Part shown: in pieces, positions 1 through 10,610 of the stretch | How positions within the stretch are numbered: the stretch's first letter is position 1 | Layout of the letters: each line of letters begins with the position of its first letter | Assembly: GCA_963666205.1 (NCBI GenBank) | Contig: OY762654.1 | Span: 864,001-928,000, forward strand | From: Synergistales bacterium | GTDB taxonomy: Bacteria > Synergistota > Synergistia > Synergistales > JAFGMB01 | Length of the DNA: 64,000 nt | Reading direction: 5' to 3' | Notes under the pieces: generated by a model | What the model was told of the DNA's origin: nothing | Database searches by the model: none | Seen by the model: the letters and a program-made list of their open reading frames with translations, nothing else | Translations under genes and position numbers: made by a program

Positions 1-2
1 AC

Positions 3-512
3 GATTCCGTATATGCAGCAGTCAGGATAGTGGCAGGACGATTTAATCTGGAAGCCCTGGTAAGACAGAGCCGCCAGCTGGCCATTGAACAGTCTACGAA
101 CATAGCCAGAGCACAATCAAGGGAATATGGAGTTGAGATACTGTCCGTATCCTACAAAAGGGTATTCCTCCCCGAGGACAATGAACAGGCAGTTTACCGG
201 TCCATGCAGGCAGAAAGGAACCGGGTGGCTGGTCAGCTCAGGGCAGAAGGACAGGCTGAAGCAATTCGCCGAAGATCCCTTGCAGACAGAAAACAGATCG
301 AAATGATAGCAGAAGCCCAGCGAAAAGCCCAGGAGATAAAGGGTGAAGGAGACAGGACTGCCCAGGAAACCCTCGCTGAAGCTACTATAGAAGCGAAAGA
401 TCTGTACGTTTTCCTGAAAACCATGGAATTTTACAAGGAGGCACTCCCTGGGACACCCATACTTCTCAGACCTGGCGAAGGAACTTTAAAATATCTTAAA
501 GGTATAGAATAA
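3..512 (+). CDS. hflC: SPFH/HflC-type protease modulator, C-terminal part (runs off left edge)
   Basis: YGVEILSV..KRV.LP..NEQAVYRSMQAERNRVA..LRAEG..EA coiled-coil pattern typical of HflC; frame open from base 3. Confidence 0.75.
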   Translation, partial: DSVYAAVRIVAGRFNLEALVRQSRQLAIEQSTNIARAQSREYGVEILSVSYKRVFLPEDNEQAVYRSMQAERNRVAGQLRAEGQAEAIRRRSLADRKQIEMIAEAQRKAQEIKGEGDRTAQETLAEATIEAKDLYVFLKTMEFYKEALPGTPILLRPGEGTLKYLKGIE

Positions 513-599
513 GACAACTATTGTATAAATAACAGGATCATGTTACTCCCTATTTCCCTCTGCCAGCGTCTCCGGAGGGGGAAATTATTGGGAACACTA

Positions 600-630
600 A
601 AGGAGATCCCTGAAAAACAGGGATCTCCTT
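600..630. terminator. Hairpin between convergent hflC and pepF
   Basis: AAGGAGATCCCTG-aaaaa-CAGGGATCTCCTT perfect inverted repeat. Confidence 0.7.
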
Positions 631-670
631 TAGTGTTATGGTCCAATTACAGGATAAACTGGATATGGAC

Positions 671-2533
671 TTATAACAAAGCCTCAAGCTCCGTCAGTTT
701 ATCCCTGAAAACAGCAATGGTCTGTTCCAGCGGACCAGGTAATGTAATATCCACCCCGGCCTGTTTCAGGATGTTAACGGAATAATCGGAACTTCCTTTT
801 TTGAGGAATTCGAGATAGCCCTTCCGGGATCCTGGTTCTCCAGAAAGGATCTTTCTTGAAAAGGAAGTAGCTGCAGCATAACCTGTAACATACTGATAAA
901 CATAAAAAGAAGAATAGAAATGGGGTATCCTGGCCCATTCGATATCGATATCTTCATCTACCACAATACCGGAACCATAATATCTTTCGTTGAGTTCATG
1001 CCATAGACCGCACATCAGATCCCTGGTAAGGGCCTCTCCCCTCTCTGCAATATCATGAGCCTTCTTCTCAAATTCTGCGAAAAGGGTCTGCCTGTAAACT
1101 GTTGTCCTTATCTGTTCCAGGTAGTAATTCAGTAGATATTTCTTCTCTTCAGGATCATCGCTGCGAGAAAGAAGATGCTCCATCAGAAGTGCCTCATTGG
1201 TTGTAGATGCTACCTCCGCAAGAAAGATTGTATAGTCCCCGTAAATATAGGGCTGGCTGGAATGTGAAAACCAGGAATGGAGGGCGTGACCCATTTCATG
1301 AGCCAGGGTAAAGGCATCCCTCAATGTGGAGTTGTAGTTAAGGAGAACGTAGGGATGGGTACCATAACTTCCCCAGGAATAGGCCCCTTTGCGCTTGCCG
1401 CGATTTTCGTAAATATCTATCCAGCCTTCAGTGAATCCCTTTTTCATAAGGTCCTGATAACCTTCTCCCAGGGGAGCAACCCCCTCGAGAACCATCTGCA
1501 TGGCTGTTTCATAGGAAATATCTTTATTGACCTCTTCCACAATAGGCACATAAAGATCATACATATGGAGCTTGCTGAAACCCAGAACCTTTTTTCTAAG
1601 ATTTACATAATCATGAAGAGGGGCAAGATTGGCACTCACAGTATCAATAATATTGGAATAGACATCCAGCGGGATATTGTTGGTATCAAGGGCTGATTCA
1701 AGTGATGAGGAGTATTTTCTGGTTTTTGAAGTGAAAATGTCTGTTTTCACATTTGAGCTATACATGGCAGCAAGAGAATTTTCATATTTTCTATAGGTTC
1801 TGTGCAGAGCCCTGAAGGAAGCCTTTCTTACCTTCCTGTCCTTTGATTGTATCAGTGAGAAATAACGTTCCTCAGTTAATTCCACCTTTTTGCCATTTTC
1901 ATCCCGGACTTGAGGAAATTTCATATCCGCATTTGTAAGCATGGAAAAAATATTCTCCGGAGCATGAGCCATTTCTCCCGTCCTGGCCATTATTTCTTCT
2001 TCTGCCGTTGACAATACATGTTCCTTCATCCTGAGGATATTTTCAAAGAAAAAACTATACTCAGCCAGTTCTTCGCTCTTCATGTATCCGTTTATTATTT
2101 CTTCAGGAAAACAGTTTATCTCTGGAACGATAAAAGATGTGGCAGTAGAATACCGGACCATAAGTGACATCGCTCTGTCCGCAAGAGCTTGAAATTCTGT
2201 AAGGGATGTATCTTCATGGCTTTTCATGTTGGCAAAGACCAGGACCTTCCCCATGGAAATACCCAGGTCTTCCTCCAATCCAAGACAATCAGCCATTATC
2301 TTCCTGGAAGAATCAAGATTTCCTCTGTAATTGTTAAATTCAACAAGTCCTCTTTCAATCCGATGGTAATCCTGTTCCCATTCTTTGACAGATGGATAAA
2401 TATTCTCAAGTTTCCATTTATAAAGGCTATCTATCTCATCTCTTGCAGGAAGTTCACTCTTTCGGGGTTTCCCTTTTGTTGTTCTTTCTTTATCTTCCTT
2501 GACCTTTCGGGGCATATTCTGCACCACCTTCAT
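671..2533 (-). CDS. pepF: Oligoendopeptidase F (M3B peptidase)
   Basis: YKWKLENIY N-terminus, GKRKGAYSWG, zinc motif HEMGH, AEVAST, WARIPHFY. Confidence 0.95.
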   Translation of the reverse strand: MKVVQNMPRKVKEDKERTTKGKPRKSELPARDEIDSLYKWKLENIYPSVKEWEQDYHRIERGLVEFNNYRGNLDSSRKIMADCLGLEEDLGISMGKVLVFANMKSHEDTSLTEFQALADRAMSLMVRYSTATSFIVPEINCFPEEIINGYMKSEELAEYSFFFENILRMKEHVLSTAEEEIMARTGEMAHAPENIFSMLTNADMKFPQVRDENGKKVELTEERYFSLIQSKDRKVRKASFRALHRTYRKYENSLAAMYSSNVKTDIFTSKTRKYSSSLESALDTNNIPLDVYSNIIDTVSANLAPLHDYVNLRKKVLGFSKLHMYDLYVPIVEEVNKDISYETAMQMVLEGVAPLGEGYQDLMKKGFTEGWIDIYENRGKRKGAYSWGSYGTHPYVLLNYNSTLRDAFTLAHEMGHALHSWFSHSSQPYIYGDYTIFLAEVASTTNEALLMEHLLSRSDDPEEKKYLLNYYLEQIRTTVYRQTLFAEFEKKAHDIAERGEALTRDLMCGLWHELNERYYGSGIVVDEDIDIEWARIPHFYSSFYVYQYVTGYAAATSFSRKILSGEPGSRKGYLEFLKKGSSDYSVNILKQAGVDITLPGPLEQTIAVFRDKLTELEALL

Positions 2534-2889
2534 TAAAAGTTAGAAATATTATCTTCAGAAATTTTCAATACTATCTTCTGGATAGCTGCTCAGAACAGGG
2601 AGGAAATGAATAAAATCGTATTCACTCCATATTTCAACTTTCCGGCATTGGATCATATTATCTTTTAAGGGTAACATAATTCAATAAATGCAACACAGTT
2701 GTCATGATTTCTGAACAGCAGGCCCATCTGTTTCCGGATATTCCCCATTCTGATAGACCAGAAGAAACCCACTTTAGCATAATGCCCTGAGGTCCGTACT
2801 AAATCTGATAGCCAACTTTTCTGAATCAGATAATATCTCTCTAACATTCCGGAATCAAGAATGCTAGATTATTCTGTTTTTTCTTGCAA

Positions 2890-2970
2890 TTGACCCCAGA
2901 AACGTATATTGTATAATTCAGTCAGTTGTTTTTTTGGATATAAATAAAATTGATATTTATATCCAAAAAA
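2890..2970 (+). promoter_or_regulatory. Sigma70-type promoter followed by a 17-bp perfect inverted repeat upstream of the TRAP operon
   Basis: TTGACC (2890-2895), 16 nt, TATAAT (2912-2917); arms 2930-2946 and 2954-2970 TTTTTTGGATATAAATA / TATTTATATCCAAAAAA. Confidence 0.6.
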
Positions 2971-3013
2971 GGAACTATGCATCTCACACAAAACTCATAG
3001 AGGAGTGAAAAGG

Positions 3014-3994
3014 ATGAAGAGACTCGTTATTTTACTACTTGCCCTTACGTTAGTGATAGCGGCCATCGGTCCTGCTGCTGCAGCGAAACAGGATTGGCCC
3101 GATCAGCTGAGATTTATGGCCGGACCTCCTGGCGGAAACTGGTTTGCACTGGGCGGCGCCCTTGCTGATATGTGGACCAAGAATGTGACCTCGTCCACAA
3201 GCGGAACAGGCGGCGGTGTTTCAAATATAATAAACACAGACAGGGCCAAGGGAGATATGGGATTCTCGGTAACAGCACTTGTTGGCGCTGCATCCAAGGG
3301 AGAAGCACCCTTCAAGTCCCCTGCAAACAATACGGCAGTTCTCGCTAACCTTTATCGTCAGTACACATATTTCATCATGCGCAAAGACTATGCCGAAAAG
3401 AACGGTGTAAAATCGGTAGGCGATATCGTTGCGCAAAAACTTCCCATCCGTTTCGCAACTCTTAAACCTGGGACAGCATCTGAATTCACCATCCGTTCCA
3501 TCTTTGAAAAAGGTTTCGGCGTAGGCTGGGATGACGTTAAATCCTGGGGCGGTTCTGTCGAATTCGCTTCATACTCAGACGGGGCCAATCTTCTTGCTGA
3601 CAACCACCTTGACTGCTTCGCATTCTCCGTCGGCAGTGTGGCATCCATTGTCATGAAGATAGAAAGCCAGACCGATGTGGTCATTCTTCCTGTTGATGAA
3701 TCAGCCCTGAAGGCCATGACAGAAGCTCTCGGAACCGTGACCTTCCAGATCAAACCGGAAATCTACAAAAGTATTGATGAACCCGTTCCTACTGTTGGCG
3801 ACTATACCTGTGTGGTAATTCGCAAGGATCTTCCTGAAGATCTTGTTTACGAATTGACCAATGCCCTCTGGACAAATAAGGCAGATCTTGTCAAAGCTGT
3901 TAAAGCGATGGAGGAACTCAATCCGGAAGAAGCTGTACCAGTTTCCGCTCCAGCCCATCCCGGGGCTGTCAAGTTCTGGAAAGAAGCAAAATAA
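3014..3994 (+). CDS. TAXI-family TRAP transporter solute-binding protein
   Basis: Signal peptide, AGPPGGNWFALG, GGGVSNI, C-terminal P.HPGA.KFWKE; AGGAG RBS; adjacent fused permease. Confidence 0.9.
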   Translation: MKRLVILLLALTLVIAAIGPAAAAKQDWPDQLRFMAGPPGGNWFALGGALADMWTKNVTSSTSGTGGGVSNIINTDRAKGDMGFSVTALVGAASKGEAPFKSPANNTAVLANLYRQYTYFIMRKDYAEKNGVKSVGDIVAQKLPIRFATLKPGTASEFTIRSIFEKGFGVGWDDVKSWGGSVEFASYSDGANLLADNHLDCFAFSVGSVASIVMKIESQTDVVILPVDESALKAMTEALGTVTFQIKPEIYKSIDEPVPTVGDYTCVVIRKDLPEDLVYELTNALWTNKADLVKAVKAMEELNPEEAVPVSAPAHPGAVKFWKEAK

Positions 3995-4073
3995 CAAGAC
4001 TTGAAAAAGAGAAAATAATCAAATAAAGGGTGGTGCAATGCACCACCCATTTTAGTATCTGAGGAGATAAGAG

Positions 4074-5948
4074 TTGAGAAAGCTAACTGGACAAATTCAG
4101 AAAGTTATATATCTCTATGTTCTGGCAATGGGTATATTCCACCTCTACACTGCTGTTTTCGGTACTTTTGAAGCGTATCTGCAGAGAATGATCCATCTCA
4201 CATGGGTACTTCCCATGGTCTTCATTCTTTACCCCATGAAGAAAGGTTCCGATAGCAGTTCTGTACCCTGGTACGACTGGATTCTGGCAGTTATATCAGT
4301 TCTTCCGGGTTGTTATGGCATGCTGCACTACGAAGATATAACAATGAGGATTATACAGGTTGACCCTGTAACCACTCCCCAGCTGATCCTTGGCATTATA
4401 CTCCTTTTTGTACTACTTGAAGCGACGAGACGTATAGTGGGATGGCCCCTTGCCATTATTGCGGGATTTTTCGCGGGATATATGTATTTCGGACACTTTA
4501 TGCCAGGCATAATGAGGGGTCTCTCATTCACTCTTCCAGAGGTCATTGAAGAGATCTACCTGACAGATGAAGGGGTTTTCTCCATACCCCTTGGAGTTTC
4601 TGCCACCTTTGTCATGATATTTCTTATTTTTGGCGGTTTTCTTGAAAAAAGCGGTATCGGAGAATATTTCATGGAATTCGCCCAGGCCTTTACCGGCACG
4701 GCTGCTGGAGGCCCGGCGAAAATAGCGGTTGTAAGCTCAGCCCTTTTTGGATCAATATCAGGAGCCGCTGTGGCAAACGTTTATGGCACAGGTACTTTCA
4801 CCATACCCCTGATGAAAAGGATCGGATATCCCCCCTTTTTTGCAGGGGCGGTTGAAGCTGTAGCCAGTTCTGGTGGACAGATAATGCCACCCATTATGGG
4901 AGCTGGAGCTTTCATAATGGCGTCCCTTCTGGGAATTCAATATAAAGAAGTAATGATAGCCGCCATTCTACCTGCACTGCTCTATTACGGGGCAGTTCTG
5001 CTCATGGTGCACCTTGGCGCTCTCAAGAACGGACTTAAAGGACTCTCCCAGGAAGACCTTCCTTCAAGGAAAAAAGCCCTTAGGGATATCTACAAGATGC
5101 TTCCCATCATAGGCCTTGTATACCTTCTCCTTACAGGATACACGCCCATGCTCGCAGCTGTGATAGGAGTCGTAATGGCATGGCTTATTTCCCTTCTTGA
5201 CAAGGATTACCGAATGGGACCAAAAGCCATCTGTGACGCCATATATACAGGGGCAAAAAATATCCCTGTTGTCTGCATTGCCTGTGCTGCTGCAGGTATC
5301 GTGGTAGGTTCCGTGTCCCTGACAGGATTCGGATTCAAGTTTGTAGGACTGGTATTTACCCTTGCGAGGGATATCCCATTCCTGGCCCTTGTCCTAATCA
5401 TGCTGGTATCGCTTGTCCTCGGCATGGGGCTACCGACAACGGGAGCATATATCCTGGCCGCTGCCCTTGGGGTACCTGCCCTTGCAAAGCTGGGATTCGA
5501 CCCCCTGGCTTCCCACATGTTCGTCTTCTACTTTGCCATAATCTCCAACATTACTCCACCCGTCGCCCTTGCAGCCTATGCAGCCAGCTCCATAGCAGAC
5601 TCAGAACCTAACAAGACGGGCTTCGCAGCCATGAAACTGGGCATCCTGGCTTTTATCGTACCCTACGCCTTCATGTACGATAAAGGGGTTATCCTCCATG
5701 GAGGACTCATTGCCAACCTGGCAGCAGTAGGAGGCGGATGTGCAGCCATCTTCGCGATGGGGTTTGCCATGATGGCTTATATCCGCAACAAAATAACCGG
5801 ATGGCAGAGACTTGTATTTATCGCGGCTGGCTTTCTGTGCTTCTTCCCTGTTCTTGTTATCAAGGGAATCGGCATCGCAGCAGTACTGGGTGGATATCTG
5901 CTGTTTCGGGGGAAACCGAAAAATACTCTGAATCAGGATGGAGTCTGA
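4074..5948 (+). CDS. TRAP transporter 4TM/12TM fused permease (TAXI type)
   Basis: GGPAKIAVVSSALFGSISG, EAVASSGGQIMPPIMGAGAF, LGMGLPTT, ITPPVALAAY. Confidence 0.95.
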   Translation: MRKLTGQIQKVIYLYVLAMGIFHLYTAVFGTFEAYLQRMIHLTWVLPMVFILYPMKKGSDSSSVPWYDWILAVISVLPGCYGMLHYEDITMRIIQVDPVTTPQLILGIILLFVLLEATRRIVGWPLAIIAGFFAGYMYFGHFMPGIMRGLSFTLPEVIEEIYLTDEGVFSIPLGVSATFVMIFLIFGGFLEKSGIGEYFMEFAQAFTGTAAGGPAKIAVVSSALFGSISGAAVANVYGTGTFTIPLMKRIGYPPFFAGAVEAVASSGGQIMPPIMGAGAFIMASLLGIQYKEVMIAAILPALLYYGAVLLMVHLGALKNGLKGLSQEDLPSRKKALRDIYKMLPIIGLVYLLLTGYTPMLAAVIGVVMAWLISLLDKDYRMGPKAICDAIYTGAKNIPVVCIACAAAGIVVGSVSLTGFGFKFVGLVFTLARDIPFLALVLIMLVSLVLGMGLPTTGAYILAAALGVPALAKLGFDPLASHMFVFYFAIISNITPPVALAAYAASSIADSEPNKTGFAAMKLGILAFIVPYAFMYDKGVILHGGLIANLAAVGGGCAAIFAMGFAMMAYIRNKITGWQRLVFIAAGFLCFFPVLVIKGIGIAAVLGGYLLFRGKPKNTLNQDGV

Positions 5949-6009
5949 TTACAAATCGGGCGCCCTTGAGGGCGCCCGTCATTCACAGTTCGATCCATTA
6001 TAACCTCAG

Positions 6010-6591
6010 CTATTCAGGAGAAACCATAAACCTTTTTCCAAGAGAAAATCCATCTCCAAGATAATTTCCGATCCCATAATACTTTCTTAAAACGGGTGCA
6101 AAGATCAGAGGTCTTAGAAGTTCGGGGTCAGGTAAACCCTTCTCTCCCAGCATCTCTTCATCCACCTTTATGTCCTTAATTTCACCTATCAGCTCGTAAT
6201 GAGACCCCAGGTCAATACTTCTGGAAAGCCGACATTCGAGAACCAGTGGAAATTCCCTTATGAATGGGGCATCTACATTCTCTGCTCTTTCATAACCAAG
6301 ACCGGTTGCAGCGAACTTGTCAACTTTTCTCCCGGAGACCATCCCGAAATAATCCGCTTCAGCAACATATGCCTCCGAGGGGATATTAACGGTAAAGGCT
6401 TGTCTGGCCTGGATTGACTCAAAGGAATAACGGGATTGCCTAAGTGCTACCATCAGGGCAGGAGGCTCGGAATTACATATACCACCCCAGGCAGCCGTAG
6501 CAGCATTAGCTCTTCCCTCTTTATCATAACTCCCTATAACCAGCACAGGTGCCGGATACAGGATGGTGTTGGCACCAACAGATCTCTTCAT
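6010..6591 (-). CDS. Flavin reductase-like (flavoredoxin family) protein
   Basis: YPAPVLVIGSYD..G.AN, FTVNIP, ADYFG.VSG...DKF, LEC, GSH. Confidence 0.9.
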   Translation of the reverse strand: MKRSVGANTILYPAPVLVIGSYDKEGRANAATAAWGGICNSEPPALMVALRQSRYSFESIQARQAFTVNIPSEAYVAEADYFGMVSGRKVDKFAATGLGYERAENVDAPFIREFPLVLECRLSRSIDLGSHYELIGEIKDIKVDEEMLGEKGLPDPELLRPLIFAPVLRKYYGIGNYLGDGFSLGKRFMVSPE

Positions 6592-6710
6592 GGATTTGTC
6601 CTCCTCTTTTCAATTTATGAAGGTTCACCCTTCAGGCACTTTAAGTATTTAATGACGGAGAAACGGGGAACGAAAATACTCTCTGTATATTAGCAGAATT
6701 TCCAAGAAAA

Positions 6711-6846
6711 GGTGAGTATTGATCAGACAGAAAACAGTTAATCACTATTATTCAGAGTTATTTCTTTTTATTGACCAATAATCAAACTTGCCTGACCAAT
6801 ACTAACCTTTATAATAAAGACAACAAACAGATCAGTATTGGTCAGT
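6711..6846 (+). promoter_or_regulatory. hsp20 promoter with several CtsR-like heptad direct-repeat boxes
   Basis: TTGCCT-16-TATAAT (6788-6815); boxes GGTGAGT-ATT-GATCAGA (6711+), GGTTAGT-ATT-GGTCAGG (6791-6807, minus), GATCAGT-ATT-GGTCAGT (6830+). Confidence 0.65.
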
Positions 6847-6877
6847 AATAATATATAAATTTATGGAGGTGTCTAAT

Positions 6878-7363
6878 ATGACAAGGTGGCTGACTAGAAG
6901 GACCAACAATTCTTTACCAACATTTACTCCATGGACAAACACTGTAGACAGGATGATGGATGATATGCTGAGCGTATTTAATTCATGGCCTTCAGACATG
7001 CTCAAACCATATGATGAGGGAGAATTCGTAATTCGTCCAAGGGGTGATTTTTACCGTGAAGACGGTAAAATCATTGCAGAATTCGAAATCCCGGGGATCG
7101 ATCCGGAAAACGTAGATCTCAAGATCTATAAGGACAGGATGGAACTTAAGGCCGAAAAGAAACGGGAAAACAAGATCGAAAAAGAAAACTATCTGAGATC
7201 TGAAAGATATTATGGAAGTGTTTCAAGGACTATACAACTTCCCTTTGAGATCGATCCTGATTCCGTTAAAGCATCTTACAAAAACGGTATCCTCAAGGTA
7301 GAACTGAAAGAGATAGTGGAGGCAGACGTTTCAACTAAAGTAAATATTGATATAGAACAATAA
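6878..7363 (+). CDS. Small heat-shock protein Hsp20/alpha-crystallin
   Basis: EIPGIDPENVDL, ERYYGSVSRTIQLP, ASYKNGILKV; GGAGGT RBS. Confidence 0.95.
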   Translation: MTRWLTRRTNNSLPTFTPWTNTVDRMMDDMLSVFNSWPSDMLKPYDEGEFVIRPRGDFYREDGKIIAEFEIPGIDPENVDLKIYKDRMELKAEKKRENKIEKENYLRSERYYGSVSRTIQLPFEIDPDSVKASYKNGILKVELKEIVEADVSTKVNIDIEQ

Positions 7364-7385
7364 ATAAACAAATCCTTAAAAGGGC

Positions 7386-7426
7386 ATGGGGGGAAGATCA
7401 CGTTTAAGATGTGATCTTCCCCCCAT
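7386..7426. terminator. Hairpin after hsp20
   Basis: ATGGGGGGAAGATCAC...GTGATCTTCCCCCCAT. Confidence 0.75.
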
Positions 7427-7792
7427 TAAACTATTCGCTCAATCATCAACAATCCCATGTTCCAGATAGAAAACTGCGAATTCTTCTGATAGTGTAACTA
7501 TTTTTTTCCACTTCAGACTCAATTTCTTCAGAATAATTATCAGAAAAATCATTATTATCTAATCGCAGAATACCATGGGAGTTTAATGTATTTATAACAG
7601 CCTTTCTAGATGAAGATCTGCAAGATATTTTACATCCCCCCCCTTCAAAGCAACTACTTTGGTCTGTACTAGCGGAATGTAACAACATCTTAACCTTAAA
7701 ACCTGACTCTCTCACTTACCATTAGCCCAATGTTGATGGGACTTATTAATTATTCTATATGGGTATTTCAGATCATTTTTGCTCGGGAAATA

Positions 7793-9244
7793 TCATCGAC
7801 GCCATGTCCCCGGAACCATCAACATGATCACAGTGTATATCTCCAGGCGTCCAAGAAGCATACACAGTGATAGAACCCATTTACCGAAGAGAGGAACAGT
7901 AGCATAATTTTTCACGGGTCCCACTATTCCCAGACCCGGGCCAATATTTCCAAGTGTTGCTGCTACACTTGCAAGAGCAGAAATAACATCGAGACCCAGG
8001 CCAGCCATGACAAGTGTGAAAATGGCGAAAAGTCCTATATAAAGGATGAAGAAGGCTGTAACTGAGCCGATAACTTCCTTTCCGACCACATTTCCTCCAA
8101 CCTTGACCTGAACCACTGACCTGGGATGAAGCAGACGGTAAAGCTCAGCCTTCACATGACGTATCAGAACCATGATCCTGAGATTCTTTATTCCTCCACC
8201 GGTTGATCCGGCACACCCTCCTATGAACATAAGGGCCAGGAGAAGATACTGGGCATAAAAGGGCCATTGTTCATAATCAGCTGTCACATAACCTGTTGTA
8301 GTAGTGATACTGACAACCTGGAAAGCAGCATAACGAATGGAATCCATAATATTGTCGTAGGTTCCGCTGAAAACCAGAAAGGCTGTCACCGTAGCAACAC
8401 TGAAAAGGATTACCCATGAATAGAATCTGAATTCCTCATCTCTCCACCAGGCTCCAAATTTTCCTCTCAGGACAAAGTAGTGAAGGGCAAAATTTGCCCC
8501 TGCCAGAAACATGAAGATTATTATAACCCAGTCAAAATACGGACTGTTATACTGGCCAATGCTTGAGTTCAATGGAGAAAAACCACCAGTTGCCATGGTT
8601 CCAAAGGTATGGGTAAGAGATTCAAAGAGATTCATTCCTCCGAGCATAAGAAAGCCCGTTTCCATGGCTGAGAGGATAACATAGACACCCCAGAGCAAAA
8701 GGGCTGTCTGCTGAACCCTGGGAGTCAATTTTTCGGGGATTGGACCGGGAACCTCCGCCTTGTAGAGCTGCATTCCACCAACTCCAAGGAAAGGTAAAAT
8801 AGCCAGGCTCAGGACAATGATCCCCATTCCTCCAAGCCAATGGGTAAGGTCTCTCCAGAAAAGGATCCCCCTGGGATTGGACTCGATATCTGTAAGGACG
8901 GATGCTCCAGTTGTAGTAAAACCTGACATAGCTTCAAAAAATGCATCTGTAAAAGTTGGAACAGTTCCATTAAAGAGGTAAGGAAGACCTCCAATTACAG
9001 AGGCAAGGATCCAGGACAGAGAAACGACAGCAAAGGCTTCTTTAATACCAAGATCATCATATGCAGTCCTTCTACCAATGCAAAAAAGCACTCCGGCTGA
9101 AACCAGACCACATCCAATGGACTGCAATATGGGAACAAAATCTCTGCTTCCATCTACGTAGGCCCACCAGAGAGGCCATAACATGGAAAAGGAAATGATC
9201 GCGGCAAGTAAGGCAAGAACCTTTGATACTATTCTGAGTTTCAA
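7793..9244 (-). CDS. trkH: Trk K+ uptake membrane subunit TrkH
   Basis: FEAMSGFTTTGAS, WLGGMGII, ATGGFS, TTTGY, GGCAGSTGGGIK, GNIGPG, MLLGRLE. Confidence 0.97.
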   Translation of the reverse strand: MKLRIVSKVLALLAAIISFSMLWPLWWAYVDGSRDFVPILQSIGCGLVSAGVLFCIGRRTAYDDLGIKEAFAVVSLSWILASVIGGLPYLFNGTVPTFTDAFFEAMSGFTTTGASVLTDIESNPRGILFWRDLTHWLGGMGIIVLSLAILPFLGVGGMQLYKAEVPGPIPEKLTPRVQQTALLLWGVYVILSAMETGFLMLGGMNLFESLTHTFGTMATGGFSPLNSSIGQYNSPYFDWVIIIFMFLAGANFALHYFVLRGKFGAWWRDEEFRFYSWVILFSVATVTAFLVFSGTYDNIMDSIRYAAFQVVSITTTTGYVTADYEQWPFYAQYLLLALMFIGGCAGSTGGGIKNLRIMVLIRHVKAELYRLLHPRSVVQVKVGGNVVGKEVIGSVTAFFILYIGLFAIFTLVMAGLGLDVISALASVAATLGNIGPGLGIVGPVKNYATVPLFGKWVLSLCMLLGRLEIYTVIMLMVPGTWRR

Positions 9245-9245
9245 C

Positions 9246-10610
9246 CTACTTTACCCCCAGAATATCAACAGCCCTGGGTAATATCTTCGAGTTGGAGAAT
9301 ATTATTACCTTGTCTCCTCCCTGGATAACCGTTTCACCGTATGGAACGATAAGCTCATTATTCCGGGAAATAAGAGCCAGAAGAGCTCCCCTGGGCAGAC
9401 CTATATCCATGATCCGCTTTCCTACTACGACGCTATCCCCTGGTATGGCAACTTCAACCATTTCTGCCCCTATCTTATCAATGATAGAAAGGGAGGCAGC
9501 CCCAGAGGGGTAACGGATGTATCTCATAATGATGGAGGCAAGAGCCTCATTGGGATTAACAAGAGCATCTACTGTGATGTAATCGTCAAGGCGATTGTAG
9601 ATATCCCTTCTCACGACAGCAATGCTTTTCCTGGCACCCAGAGCCTTGCCTATCACTCCCATAAGTATATTTGCCTCGTCACTTGTTGTAGTAGTTACGA
9701 AACCATCTGCATCTTCGATTCCCTCGTACTTGAGAAGTTCGTCATCTGCGCCATCGCCTACAAGAACAATAGTGCGTTCAAGTTCCCCGGAAAGTCTTTC
9801 ACATTTTTCCCTGTCACGATCTATGAGTTTGATCTCAAGATTCCTGAACCTGTCTTCCAGGATTTTAGCCAGACGGGTTCCGATCTTGCCACCTCCGACA
9901 ATTATGACCCTTTTAAGGCTCCGGCTCTTTCGGCATTGAAAGAGTTCCTCCAACTGCCAGACCTGTTCCCGGAAAGAAACCACATAGATAAGATCTCCCT
10001 CCTCCAGGATCGTTTCGCCGGAAGGGACAAAACCATCGCTGTTCCTCTCGATAAATACCATTATGCTCTTCAGTCCTGGATACTTCTCTCTCAATTGATG
10101 AAGAGGTATAGCCTTCAATGGGGATTCAGGAGCCACCCTGAATGCATATATACCGGCCTTGCCTCCAAAGATCTCTGAGGTATGGACCGCGGAATGTACC
10201 TGAAGAAGTTCTTCTATCTGTTTGGCAACGGACCTTTCCGGAGTGGACATTACATCGATACCAAACTCTTTTGCCCAGGTATCACTGTCAGTGAATTCCA
10301 TGCCCCTGGCCCTGGAAATGACCCTTGAGACACCAGATCTCTTGGCGATCCAGCAGGCCATTATATTGACCTCGTCCCTGTTGGAACAGGCTACCAGAAT
10401 ATCAGTATTGCATCCAGGGTATACCCCTGCTTTTTCAAGTACAGAAGGTCTGGATCCATTACCCCTGACTACACTGACATCCAGTTCTCCTTCTGTCTTG
10501 GAAGCCCTTTCGTCATCCTGTTCAACAACTGTAACATCATGTCCTTCTGAAGAAAGATCCCTGGAGACGTTATATCCTACCTCTCCAGCACCAACAACAA
10601 CTATCTTCAA
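9246..10610 (-). CDS. trkA: Trk K+ uptake regulatory subunit TrkA (double RCK)
   Basis: Two NAD-binding motifs (VGAGEVG, VGGGKIG) plus RCK-C domains; abuts trkH. Confidence 0.96.
   Translation of the reverse strand: MKIVVVGAGEVGYNVSRDLSSEGHDVTVVEQDDERASKTEGELDVSVVRGNGSRPSVLEKAGVYPGCNTDILVACSNRDEVNIMACWIAKRSGVSRVISRARGMEFTDSDTWAKEFGIDVMSTPERSVAKQIEELLQVHSAVHTSEIFGGKAGIYAFRVAPESPLKAIPLHQLREKYPGLKSIMVFIERNSDGFVPSGETILEEGDLIYVVSFREQVWQLEELFQCRKSRSLKRVIIVGGGKIGTRLAKILEDRFRNLEIKLIDRDREKCERLSGELERTIVLVGDGADDELLKYEGIEDADGFVTTTTSDEANILMGVIGKALGARKSIAVVRRDIYNRLDDYITVDALVNPNEALASIIMRYIRYPSGAASLSIIDKIGAEMVEVAIPGDSVVVGKRIMDIGLPRGALLALISRNNELIVPYGETVIQGGDKVIIFSNSKILPRAVDILGVK

Noticed and set aside
7446-7715. 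89-aa ORF downstream of trkH in an AT-rich patch
   Set aside because: No clear RBS or recognisable motif; could be real but cannot be supported.
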